A stretch of 64,000 nt of DNA from a virus, in IMG/VR virus record IMGVR_UViG_3300045440_000165, positions 1 to 64,000 of that record; one strand, written 5' to 3'. A model generated the notes under the pieces. It was not told the DNA's origin, ran no database searches, and worked only from the letters and a program-made list of their open reading frames with translations. The position numbers were made by a program, and so were the translations under genes. This document shows positions 46,682-55,906 of this stretch, piece by piece. How positions within the stretch are numbered: position 1 is the stretch's first letter; each line of letters starts with the position of its first letter.

Positions 46682-47217
46682 TTGTTCAAAAGATTATAAA
46701 TGACATCATAGAAGTGGAAGGGGGGTATTCGGACAACCCTAATGACACTGGTGGGAAAACTAAGTATGGCATCACCGAAGCTGTAGCTAGAGCTAATGGG
46801 TGGGCAGGGGATATGAAAGACTTAACTAAAGAGTTTGCATATCAAGTGTATCTCAATCAATACTACAACATCCCTCAGTTTAACAAGGTAGCAGAGTTGT
46901 CAGAAGCTATAGCTGCAGAGTTAACAGATACAGCAGTTAATTGTGGTGTGCCTACAGCCTGCCCTATGCTGCAAGAAGCTCTCAATCTCTTGAATAGGCA
47001 AGATAAAGATTATACAGATGTATTGGTTGATGGGCATATCGGTAGTAACACTCTTGTGGCCCTAGCCAAGTACTTGCAGAGACGAGGCAGTGAAGGTGAG
47101 AAAGTGATGTTAAAAATGCTTAACATTATGCAAGGGAGTCATTATATCAAGATAACTAAATCTCGCCCTGCTAACGAACAATTCATCTACGGATGGATAG
47201 CTAATAGGATTGGATAA
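46678..47217 (+). CDS. GH108 endolysin with C-terminal peptidoglycan-binding domain
   Basis: EGGYSDNPNDTGGKTKYGIT, DTAVNCG, VDGHIG and FIYGWIANR. Confidence 0.93.
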   Translation: MIVQKIINDIIEVEGGYSDNPNDTGGKTKYGITEAVARANGWAGDMKDLTKEFAYQVYLNQYYNIPQFNKVAELSEAIAAELTDTAVNCGVPTACPMLQEALNLLNRQDKDYTDVLVDGHIGSNTLVALAKYLQRRGSEGEKVMLKMLNIMQGSHYIKITKSRPANEQFIYGWIANRIG

Positions 47218-47219
47218 TT

Positions 47220-47618
47220 ATGTTTGGTAAATTAAAAGCATTCTACGCTGTATTTCAAGCTGGTAAGTCTGTAGCAAATCCAGAAGCTTGGAAGCGTGGG
47301 CAAATAACAGCTACTATCCTAGCTGGTGTGTTTATTGCATTACTGCAGCTTGCAAAGGTGTTTGGGTATGATATTCCAATGGATGAGAATACAGCAACTA
47401 GCATTGCTGCTGGTGTTATTGCCCTTATTAACTGGCTGCTCACTGTTGCAACAACAAATAAAATTGGACTACCCTCTGGAGTGCAAGCAGAGCCACTTCC
47501 AACAATTGTGCCTGAGCTTACAGAAGGTTCAAAGCAATCAAGTGTGCAAGAGGTCAGCAAAGATGCTCAGGAGAGTAGGGCAGAACAATGGCTCAGAGAA
47601 CATACGACAATTGGCTAA
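47220..47618 (+). CDS. two-TM holin-like protein
   Basis: two hydrophobic helices and a hydrophilic tail; directly after the lysin. Confidence 0.65.
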   Translation: MFGKLKAFYAVFQAGKSVANPEAWKRGQITATILAGVFIALLQLAKVFGYDIPMDENTATSIAAGVIALINWLLTVATTNKIGLPSGVQAEPLPTIVPELTEGSKQSSVQEVSKDAQESRAEQWLREHTTIG

Positions 47619-47694
47619 CACAAATAAAGAAGCCGTCCAAGATTATATAGAATCTATAGACGGCTTAACAATATCTGTAACTTGCAATGTATAA
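47383..47694 (+). CDS. nested +1-frame lipoprotein (outer spanin-like)
   Basis: MRIQQLALLLVLLPLLTG-C lipobox within track ORF 47326..47694. Confidence 0.6.
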   Translation: MRIQQLALLLVLLPLLTGCSLLQQQIKLDYPLECKQSHFQQLCLSLQKVQSNQVCKRSAKMLRRVGQNNGSENIRQLANTNKEAVQDYIESIDGLTISVTCNV

Positions 47695-47738
47695 TTTTAC
47701 TTTGCTCTTGGTGTATTTGCTCTTGGTAGAGAGCTTTT

Positions 47739-47772
47739 AGAGACTACGCTTAATTGCCTAGTCTCTTTTTTT
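47739..47772 (+). terminator. terminator at the late/middle convergence
   Basis: AGAGACTA...TAGTCTC-TTTTTTT. Confidence 0.75.
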
Positions 47773-47774
47773 AT

Positions 47775-48089
47775 TCAACTTGGCGTTGCTTCCAACACTT
47801 GCGCTGTTTTGGCAGCTTTATTGCGGCTCTTAAACCATTTTACATCATTGTAGAAGAATACAACAGCAGAGATGATTTTTGTAATAGCTGCTTTTAAATC
47901 ATTGAATGGTACTTTAGGATTTGTAGTTTCGTAATATGTCTCTAGCAAAGCCAATGCAAAGTTCAATTTCTGAGATCCTGTAGGATTCTCTTCTTGATTT
48001 GCAATTGTCGCTGCCTCTACAGATCGTACCACCTGAAAGATCTTGGGCATAATTTCAAGCAATGTAATACTAACGGATGCAACACTCAT
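47775..48089 (-). CDS. hypothetical protein, weakly LL-H-holin-like
   Basis: VVRSVEAA...TGSQKLNFAL pattern. Confidence 0.55.
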   Translation of the reverse strand: MSVASVSITLLEIMPKIFQVVRSVEAATIANQEENPTGSQKLNFALALLETYYETTNPKVPFNDLKAAITKIISAVVFFYNDVKWFKSRNKAAKTAQVLEATPS

Positions 48090-48100
48090 TTTATATTCCT

Positions 48101-48364
48101 TTAATTAAGAGCTTCGTTTAAAACTTCATAGAGATTACCTTTTGCAACAACACCTTCATGCTTCTCTGTAAAGCGAGATTTAAAATATCCAGCTACTTCT
48201 GTTTTTTTAATTCCAGTTGTATTTTCAACTGTCTCTACCAACTCTTTAAACTCTTGTTGAAGCACTTCAATATTTCGCAGGAGTGTCTGAGCTTCTTGGT
48301 TGTAATGTCGAAACACTTCTGTGTCAATTGTCGCATCATTCAAACTGATAATTGTGCCTGCCAT
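48101..48364 (-). CDS. small helical protein, possibly T4 DsbA-like dsDNA-binding
   Basis: size and helical pattern recalled from T4 DsbA; unverified. Confidence 0.5.
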   Translation of the reverse strand: MAGTIISLNDATIDTEVFRHYNQEAQTLLRNIEVLQQEFKELVETVENTTGIKKTEVAGYFKSRFTEKHEGVVAKGNLYEVLNEALN

Positions 48365-48453
48365 AAAATATTTCCTTTTCTGTTGTTTTCACACGTCAAT
48401 TGTAAATGTGATAGGTGTTACAGATACGATAGGTATCATAAATGCAGTAGCTA

Positions 48454-48702
48454 TCATAAATACCCCATCACTGCTCCAATGCAAGGAATAAACACCCCTG
48501 CAACTTTTACTATCAATACCCCTGTTATTTCTGTTATAGCTTTTAGTGTGTATAAGTGATATACATTGAGTACATAACCTACTATTCCAAAAACTACAAT
48601 AACTTTTTTGAATATTGTGTACATGTTGTACAAGATGTCAAGAGCAACTTGAGGAATAACACTCTTGACAATACTCACTACTATATCATTAATTCCATTC
48701 AT
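48454..48702 (-). CDS. membrane protein
   Basis: two hydrophobic segments. Confidence 0.6.
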   Translation of the reverse strand: MNGINDIVVSIVKSVIPQVALDILYNMYTIFKKVIVVFGIVGYVLNVYHLYTLKAITEITGVLIVKVAGVFIPCIGAVMGYL

Positions 48703-48856
48703 AACGCTACTCTTCGAGATAAATACTACTGTTCATCGGCTTTACTACGGCTGCTATGTTGCAGCTTAAGATAACAAGGGGCTTATACCTCCCCCTGTTA
48801 TTCGTTACTTTAGCACATCAAACAAGAGTAGGCTAGGAATATTTTAATTTAGAATG

Positions 48857-49813
48857 TTAATATTCCCATTCACCTACTAAGCTATTCTTACTGTAAGCTG
48901 TAATAGTGCTTTCAAAGAAATTACCAAACACACCATCTCCTGTTATTTCTTCGATAAATGGCAGAGGGTTTTTATCAATCCCAAATTGGGACTTAAAGCC
49001 TAGCTGCTGCATACGGTAGTCACATACAAAGCGAATATAGTTTTTTAAGTCTTGCTTAGGCATCTTAGACATATCCTCAATGCTATAGCACAAGTCAATA
49101 AACTCGTCTTCCAATGCTACTATAGTACGTGCAGTGTTATAGATACTCTTTTTAAACTCTTCATTAATAACTGAAGGGTGTTCTTCAATAAATATCTTAA
49201 ACAACTCTGTCAACCCTTCTACGTGCAAACTTTCATCAATAACACTCCACTGATTAACACTCACCATTCCGGGTAGGATGCCATGCCTAGAGAAATTAAG
49301 AAGCATAGCAAACGGAGCGAATAGGCTTACACCTTCCATTAACACTTGCTTTGCTAAATACTCTGCAATACCTTTATTAGAGCGCATATTAGATTCTTCA
49401 ATCATAAAGCTATGCTTATCTGCCATAGCTTTATAGTCTAGGAATTCAGACATGAATGCTTCGCTATCGTAGCCTAGGGTGTCGTTAAGTCGCTTATAAG
49501 CTTTTATATGGATCGATTCTCTGTCCGCAAATGACAATAACATCATCCTAGCATCGGCATTTTTGAATACAGGTAGCAACCTCTCTACGTAGCTACTGCA
49601 TACGTTAGTGTCAGCTTGTGTGAATAGGCGTAACACCATCTTAATAAACTCTTTACGCACTTCGCTAATAGCTCCACTCTTCCATTGTGTCACATCTTGA
49701 GACATGTCCGCTTCATCTGGAACCCAGTGACTGCGAGTATGTTTGTCAAAAATGTCTTGTAACTTGTGGAATTTAGGTACAAAAATTTCCGTTGCTTCTG
49801 TAATTTTACTCAT
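48857..49813 (-). CDS. nrdB: ribonucleotide reductase class I beta subunit
   Basis: WVPDE, FTQAD, RESIHIKAY, EGVSLF, DESLH and NFFE. Confidence 0.95.
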   Translation of the reverse strand: MSKITEATEIFVPKFHKLQDIFDKHTRSHWVPDEADMSQDVTQWKSGAISEVRKEFIKMVLRLFTQADTNVCSSYVERLLPVFKNADARMMLLSFADRESIHIKAYKRLNDTLGYDSEAFMSEFLDYKAMADKHSFMIEESNMRSNKGIAEYLAKQVLMEGVSLFAPFAMLLNFSRHGILPGMVSVNQWSVIDESLHVEGLTELFKIFIEEHPSVINEEFKKSIYNTARTIVALEDEFIDLCYSIEDMSKMPKQDLKNYIRFVCDYRMQQLGFKSQFGIDKNPLPFIEEITGDGVFGNFFESTITAYSKNSLVGEWEY

Positions 49814-50380
49814 TCAATTCTTCCCGTGATTTTCTGTGTAGTTTGCGCCACTTAGATTTAAAAGTTTAATGTTTTCTAACCTGCAATCCACTGCAGCTTT
49901 AAACGCAGGCAGTAACCCCATCTTCTTGACAGAAAACCATCGAGAAACACCCTTCCGATTAATTTTCCAATGAGCTACACAATAAGTAATACTACTCTTC
50001 TGCATAATTGATACGCCAGTAGTGCCTGATGTATTGGCAGAAGACATTCCCCTATTTTCACTATTTGTCTTTTGTGAACAAACCTTTAAATTAGATACCT
50101 TATTGTTTTTAGTATCTCTGTCTATATGGTCAACTTTATCCTTTTCCGTTAATGATATACCGTTCAGTAGGCATACTAACCTATGGCACCTATACTTCTT
50201 ATTTTGTACTTGGACATTGAAATATCTACCTTTAAACCCCCCAGCAACCTGTCCTATAAAAGTCATTGGCCTACTATTGCCGCTTGTCCGTATTTTATTC
50301 CACCTTAGACAACTTGGACTGGATTCATCATAAATAAAGTTTTCCAAAACATCTTGATAACTTAGTTTCTGCATGAGCAT
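49814..50380 (-). CDS. free-standing HNH homing endonuclease with AP2-like domain
   Basis: HRLV...VDHIDRDTKNNKVSNL; NTSGTTGV...FSVKKMG; ATG overlaps the nrdA stop (TAATG). Confidence 0.85.
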   Translation of the reverse strand: MLMQKLSYQDVLENFIYDESSPSCLRWNKIRTSGNSRPMTFIGQVAGGFKGRYFNVQVQNKKYRCHRLVCLLNGISLTEKDKVDHIDRDTKNNKVSNLKVCSQKTNSENRGMSSANTSGTTGVSIMQKSSITYCVAHWKINRKGVSRWFSVKKMGLLPAFKAAVDCRLENIKLLNLSGANYTENHGKN

Positions 50381-51330
50381 TATCCTTCGCAGCTTAAACA
50401 AGTTGACTCAGTAGAGTTGCTTATATCCCAATCCTTGAGAGCTTTGCGTTCAATATCTTTTACGATATTAATATCCCCCTCCCTCTCAGTTCTAAAATAA
50501 TACATAGTAAGTACATTAGGGCTATTTAAAAACTTCAAATGAACACTATTGCTATACTTCCTACTGCTACCATACGGGAAGAACACATTCAATGATTGTG
50601 CTTGACAAACATATTGTCCACGATGCTCTGCTTGCTCAATAATCCAATGTTGATCTAGCTCCATCGCTGTAGCAAATACAGCCTTCTCACGCTCATCTAA
50701 AAAATCTAAATGGCTTACACGTCCTTCATTCTTTCTAATACTTTCCCACACTTCAAAAGTATCTTTTCCTTTAGACTTTAGCAATGTCTCTAAGTGCCTA
50801 TTCTTCACTGTAAAATTACCAGCTCTACTACTCTGCAAAAATATATTCCTAAAGTATGGCTCGATGCTAGGAGATGTATCAAGAATACTAGCGCTATTTG
50901 AGTTAGGTGCAATAGCCATCAATCTACTATTACGCAACCCTGTGCCAATCATATCCTCTGGCTCTCCGCGCTCGATAGCAAGCCTCCTACTTTCTTCCGT
51001 AGCCCTCCCTTTGATTAGCGCAAAGATTTTATTAGTGTGTTGAATAGCACTATTAAATCCCCCGCCTTCAAATGGAATAAGCTTACTTTGCAAATACCCA
51101 TGCCATCCTAAAGTACCTAAGCCTAATGCTCGTTCTGCTTTAGCTGAAAATCTAGCTTTGGCAAGCTCCGGTGGTGCATTGTCAATGAAGCTTTGTAATA
51201 CATTATCCAAGAAGCGTACTAAATCTGCTACGATAGTGGTGTCTTTCCATTCTTCAAATTTCTCTAAGTTCAAGCTACTAAGGCAACAAACGAATGTTCT
51301 GAATTCGTCAGTAGGTAATGTTATTTCACT
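50380..51330 (-). CDS. nrdA: ribonucleotide reductase alpha subunit, exon 2
   Basis: SEITLP, VCCLSSLNL, RALGLG, AIAPNSNS, QAQSLN, YYFR and C-terminal CLSCEG. Confidence 0.93.
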   Translation of the reverse strand, partial: SEITLPTDEFRTFVCCLSSLNLEKFEEWKDTTIVADLVRFLDNVLQSFIDNAPPELAKARFSAKAERALGLGTLGWHGYLQSKLIPFEGGGFNSAIQHTNKIFALIKGRATEESRRLAIERGEPEDMIGTGLRNSRLMAIAPNSNSASILDTSPSIEPYFRNIFLQSSRAGNFTVKNRHLETLLKSKGKDTFEVWESIRKNEGRVSHLDFLDEREKAVFATAMELDQHWIIEQAEHRGQYVCQAQSLNVFFPYGSSRKYSNSVHLKFLNSPNVLTMYYFRTEREGDINIVKDIERKALKDWDISNSTESTCLSCEG

Positions 51331-51717
51331 CGTTGTGTTCAAGATTGGTCGCTAATCAATCCCCGCTCTAATTGGTACACGATGACTACGTATCTCCCCT
51401 GCTTGAAGCTGTGCAGGGCTAGGGCATTACTCCTAGTATTTTCCAATTGCAAGCTGCTACATATCCCTATATAGACCAGACTATATCATCAACCATTTTA
51501 CTCTAGTAACTCCAGCATAACACTGGCAGATGGTTGCTTACCGCTTCGTACCGCTTGGTACTACTCCCTTTTGAGGATAGTCGTTGCTCTTTCCAGATAT
51601 ACCGCTAACTTAGCGCATTCAATTTTATTCTGGCTTAGATCAGGATTACGTGTTCTACGCTTCCCCTGAGTTCAATAAGTTTGCAATATACATTACTGTA
51701 TAAGGGTGCTATTACTA
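51331..51717 (-). ncRNA. group I self-splicing intron, 387 nt, no ORF
   Basis: P1 GUGU|UA-GUAA-UAGCAC with U-G at the splice site; P AACTCAGGGGAA, Q AATCCTGA, R GCAACGACTA, S GATATAGTCT; terminal G; splicing restores GSNLC|SEI. Confidence 0.92.
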
Positions 51718-52686
51718 ACACAAGTTGCTTCCACGAATCTTCAACCCTTTAGCCCTCTGAGTTTCTGGCATCTTCCGATTAGCCTCATCAATCTTCAGCA
51801 GATATGGCTCACCTGTCAACGCTCGATTCTCAAGAATATTCTCCCATACTTCCCGCGCTCTAAGCTCCTCATAAACTTTCCCGCTATGAGGACATACTAG
51901 CGGATAGGTAGTGTTATTCTTAACCGCCTCAATAAACTTATCTGTAATATTAACAGCACTATGATATTGCTGCCTATTATCACTTCGCCTTTTAGCATCT
52001 CCCCCCGGCTTACGGAAATTAATATGCTCTACAATATCAGGGTGATCTACATTCAAGTATGATGCAATAGCTCCACGTCTATTCTGCTGCCTGAAATATC
52101 CAATAGCACTATCCATAACTTTCTGATACGGGATATTACCTACAGCCTTGCCTCCCACTCCACGAATAGAAAGATGTGCTCCAGTACCACCTCCAGACAT
52201 AGAGAGCGTAGCAAGCTCTTGAATAGCTTCTACTTGCCCTTGTGCTGTATCTGGTACATTGAATGCAAAGCAGCTAATAGGAAGTCCATGTTGCTTCTCT
52301 TCTGCAATGAAAGTAGATGTGTACCAATAGTGCTTCCCTTGCTTAGCTTCATCTTCCACCCATCTCCCTTTAGTTGCATTACTAAGCACAGGGGAAGCAT
52401 ACATGAACCAACCATTGTAAACATAGTCATAAATACGTTGAGCTAATTCATAATCCCCGTAGCAGAAAGCAGTAGCAGGGCGAGCTAGAGCTTTAGAAAT
52501 ACTCTCCCCTTCTCGTTTATAAAATCCATCGAGTAATGTCTTAGAAAACTCCGTAATATATGCCGGATCATTCTCATAAATCATAATACCATTGTAGGGT
52601 ATCTTCGTACCATTCTTAGGTACTAAAGTACCTAAATAGGGTACTTTTTCTGCTGAGTTACACACTTCACTAGCATTATTAGACAT
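51718..52686 (-). CDS. nrdA: ribonucleotide reductase alpha subunit, exon 1
   Basis: ASPVLSNA, LPISCF, GGGTG, RRGAIASYL, TGEPY; ends GSNLC. Confidence 0.93.
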
Positions 52687-53248
52687 TCTTCAGCTTTCTC
52701 CGTTTAGTTCTAAATTGAATTTTAGGCTCTTCTACATGATAATCAATAGCCATCTTATACCCACCATCTTGCTTATATTGATTACCTCTAATCTCGTACA
52801 GCAGCTTTTCTAATAACGCTATCTGCTCTACAATATATCTTTCTTCATCACTCTCAATAATAGAATAATCTTGTACTTTAGTGTCAGCTTTTTCAGCATT
52901 GAAAGCTGCATAGTCTAAAGAGTTATTCATTAATGATGCCATCTCAATACACAAGCTTTGATCGTAATAACTAGCTGCTACCAACTTATCGTACACTGTA
53001 GCCCATACACTTGTTAAGTGTTTACGATTAACAGATACTTCCCCTCGGATAACATACCCAATAACAACCTTATTAGCTAATGTCCTATGCTGGCTTGTAG
53101 TGTACATTAGCGGATATTCCAGATCAAAGCCAAGCTCTTCTAACACTGGCAATACTAAGTGATCATACTCAGGGGACACCATCTCAAAATAGTTTAAATG
53201 GGCTAACGTACTTACTAATTTTAAATCGTAAACACTAATCGCTTTCAT
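52679..53248 (-). CDS. hypothetical protein
   Basis: ORF track; GAGGGG RBS. Confidence 0.75.
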   Translation of the reverse strand: MKAISVYDLKLVSTLAHLNYFEMVSPEYDHLVLPVLEELGFDLEYPLMYTTSQHRTLANKVVIGYVIRGEVSVNRKHLTSVWATVYDKLVAASYYDQSLCIEMASLMNNSLDYAAFNAEKADTKVQDYSIIESDEERYIVEQIALLEKLLYEIRGNQYKQDGGYKMAIDYHVEEPKIQFRTKRRKLKNV

Positions 53249-53318
53249 AATGCCCCTCGCTATCTTTTGAATATTTTGTTTTAAATATAAAACTATTATA
53301 ATTCATACTATCATCTCT

Positions 53319-53570
53319 TCATATTTGAAATGGATTTTGTAATTTTTGTTGCTGCAACCATTCTAACATATCTGGATTATCTTTGTAAGAATATCTACAA
53401 TTATATTGGTAAGATTCTCCTTTAATGGTGATTTCTTCGTTACTAATAATTGTATCTCCTTCAATAATAGTTGCAAATTGTTGCTGAGGTGCTAGGAAGG
53501 CTATTGTCCCGTCCATGATGCAAGCTAATTGAATAGGGAGATTACCTATTGGTACTTGTATGTGCTGCAT
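53319..53570 (-). CDS. hypothetical protein
   Basis: ORF track; TAATG coupling. Confidence 0.6.
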   Translation of the reverse strand: MQHIQVPIGNLPIQLACIMDGTIAFLAPQQQFATIIEGDTIISNEEITIKGESYQYNCRYSYKDNPDMLEWLQQQKLQNPFQI

Positions 53571-53731
53571 TATAAACCCCTACGTAGCAAGTCATCCACT
53601 ATTACCCACGTCAAGGCACATCCGGCGAGAAGAAGTAGAATAATAACGTACACTTTAGGTGCGATACAAGCAAATAACACACCTGCTAAAAATCCCAAGA
53701 CAGCTAAAATTTTAATTAATGTATTTTTCAT
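53570..53731 (-). CDS. small two-TM membrane protein
   Basis: C-terminal part of track ORF 53570..53932; MKNTLIKILAVLG; start uncertain. Confidence 0.5.
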   Translation of the reverse strand: MKNTLIKILAVLGFLAGVLFACIAPKVYVIILLLLAGCALTWVIVDDLLRRGL

Positions 53732-53897
53732 GCTTCGTATAACTCCAATATAATACCTGTAAGCATCCATAAACAAGCGCAGACAACTATGCCCAATACA
53801 CTCACAGCCGCGTAGGGGTATATCCTTGCAAACAAAACAAATACCCCTGCAAATACCATTATAGTTAGTAACAATAAGATGCGTAATAGTATATTTC

Positions 53898-54761
53898 TCA
53901 TAACGGAAACGCTTCCAAAATAGGAACACCATCGATAATCAACCCGCAGCCAATGACAGGGCGTTTTAAATTTACATTGTTATAAGCAAAAGCATAACTA
54001 TCATCATCAATAAGACATCCCACCTGCATACTAAAATAAAGTCCAAGACTATTACCCCAATATTGAATGTTAAATTTTTCATGGTAATGCCCTTGTACAG
54101 CACTCATACCCATTGTCTGTGATAGCTTCAAGCCATCTGCAGCTTTACCATGATGGAAGAATACATGCTGGCCTGTAGGTAGTAGCAATGTTAAGTCATT
54201 GTGCCATTTCCATCCGTCACCTACACCTAGAATTTCATTATAGGATTTAATGCAATGCAGAGGGATTCCATGATGCTTTGCTTTCCTATACACAAGACTT
54301 CCGTGATTACTATCTATTAAGTCTACAACTGGAAACATCTTTTCTATTTCTTGAATAACCTTAATTGCCTCTTTAAGTTCATCGCCAGCAGATAGTAAAT
54401 CGGGATGGGAATCGTGAAAAGAAATCTGGTGATATTCAAGTTCATCTCCGATAATTACAACCCTAGTAGGATTATGCTTATCCTTCAATCTTTGCAAGAA
54501 TTCAATCAGTCCGTTTACATGATAAGGAATATGCATATCGCTAATAACTAAGATACTAGCATTCCTAGCAACTTCATCATCCACATCATCATTCTTCATC
54601 GCTTCATACTTGCGCAAGAAATCCGACACTGTAGAGCGAGGGACATCTAACACTCTTGCAATATCTCTCCAAGATAATACTTCAGATTTGTGAAGTGCAA
54701 TAGCATCTTTCTGCCAATCGCTTGCAGATGTTTGTTTGTTATTTTTCAAATTAGCTCCCAA
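53898..54761 (-). CDS. HTH-fused metallophosphoesterase
   Basis: SWRDIARVLDVPRSTVSD HTH; SDMHIP, GDE, SNH, HG and GHYH. Confidence 0.85.
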   Translation of the reverse strand: MGANLKNNKQTSASDWQKDAIALHKSEVLSWRDIARVLDVPRSTVSDFLRKYEAMKNDDVDDEVARNASILVISDMHIPYHVNGLIEFLQRLKDKHNPTRVVIIGDELEYHQISFHDSHPDLLSAGDELKEAIKVIQEIEKMFPVVDLIDSNHGSLVYRKAKHHGIPLHCIKSYNEILGVGDGWKWHNDLTLLLPTGQHVFFHHGKAADGLKLSQTMGMSAVQGHYHEKFNIQYWGNSLGLYFSMQVGCLIDDDSYAFAYNNVNLKRPVIGCGLIIDGVPILEAFPL

Positions 54762-54763
54762 TA

Positions 54764-55045
54764 TTATTTATTGTAAAGGTCAACAAGCTTATTCACATCA
54801 CTTACAGGTACAAATCCAAATCTACTAAATCCTTCATTATTAGTTATCACTACTTCCACTGTCTCCCAAGGGCCAATATTACTTTTAGGAGAACACTCAT
54901 GTACGAAAGAAGCATTGACAGTTACTAAATACCCATTCTTGCAAGTGATAGGGGGAGCTACACAGTGGATAAAATTACAAGTAATATCTGGATCGCTGTA
55001 GTCTCGTGTTTGTTCTAAATATGTGTTAGTGCAAAAGTTACTCAC
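54764..55045 (-). CDS. hypothetical protein
   Basis: ORF track. Confidence 0.65.
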   Translation of the reverse strand: MSNFCTNTYLEQTRDYSDPDITCNFIHCVAPPITCKNGYLVTVNASFVHECSPKSNIGPWETVEVVITNNEGFSRFGFVPVSDVNKLVDLYNK

Positions 55046-55599
55046 GTATTGCTCCTTTTGTTTAATATTACTGTTAATACTTCTCTTCGCTGCTTTGCAT
55101 TTGTAAGACCACTATACCCGTGCTTTTTAAATAGTGCAAGCATCTCTTTACTATTCTCTTTCTTTAGTAGTCGAATCACTTCTTTCTCTACTTTAGCTTC
55201 TTCAAAACTTATCCCCATGTTTTGAGCATGAGAGACAATCTTATGACAAGGTTTACATAAAGCTCGCAAGTCTTTCAAAGAGATTATTAACAACCTTGTT
55301 ACAAACTCTTTAATGTCTTCTAGCTTATTCAAACTACCTGCAGGAGTCTTATGATCAATTTCAATATCAGATTGTAAGAAATCTTTCTTGCATATTTCAC
55401 ACTTCATTCCCCATACTTCAGGGAACTTAGTAGCACTTTTAGCATTAGGATTCTTTATTCGCTTTCTGTTTAGCTTTATGTACTCTAGCTTGACAGGGGC
55501 TTTGCTCCACCCTTTGCGAAATACCCCCCTAAGCCAATTCCAGAAAGCTGACTCTGTCTTCCAGACATGACTTAACTCTACCCAAGGCTTATTGTTCAC
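55042..55599 (-). CDS. HNH/His-Me endonuclease
   Basis: CEIC...IEIDH...LCKPCH. Confidence 0.8.
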   Translation of the reverse strand: MNNKPWVELSHVWKTESAFWNWLRGVFRKGWSKAPVKLEYIKLNRKRIKNPNAKSATKFPEVWGMKCEICKKDFLQSDIEIDHKTPAGSLNKLEDIKEFVTRLLIISLKDLRALCKPCHKIVSHAQNMGISFEEAKVEKEVIRLLKKENSKEMLALFKKHGYSGLTNAKQRREVLTVILNKRSNT

Positions 55600-55906
55600 C
55601 TATCAGCCTTTCTCCTTTTACATCTGCACCGATAGGTATCAGCTTAAATTTCTTAAGTATGACCTGTATGTCCTCATTAAAATCCTCTATTTCTGGTAGC
55701 ATCTCACATATCACTGTAGGGGTTTCTCCTCCTTTAAATTTAATTGTCAGAGATGTTACTAAGTTTGCATCTAACCCTAAGCACTTACACATCTGCGTTG
55801 CTAATTCTGAGTGCATTTCCAATATTCGCTCGTGTTCAGTTTTCTCAGGTACTTTATGACTACTCAACTTAAATAAGTCTTCCCAGTCTATTTTACTACT
55901 CATCAT
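55589..55906 (-). CDS. hypothetical protein
   Basis: ORF track. Confidence 0.65.
   Translation of the reverse strand: MMSSKIDWEDLFKLSSHKVPEKTEHERILEMHSELATQMCKCLGLDANLVTSLTIKFKGGETPTVICEMLPEIEDFNEDIQVILKKFKLIPIGADVKGERLIGEQ

Noticed and set aside
50380-52686. nrdA as a pseudogene or a permanently split gene
   Set aside because: The intervening 387 nt has group I intron hallmarks and its precise removal restores the frame and active site
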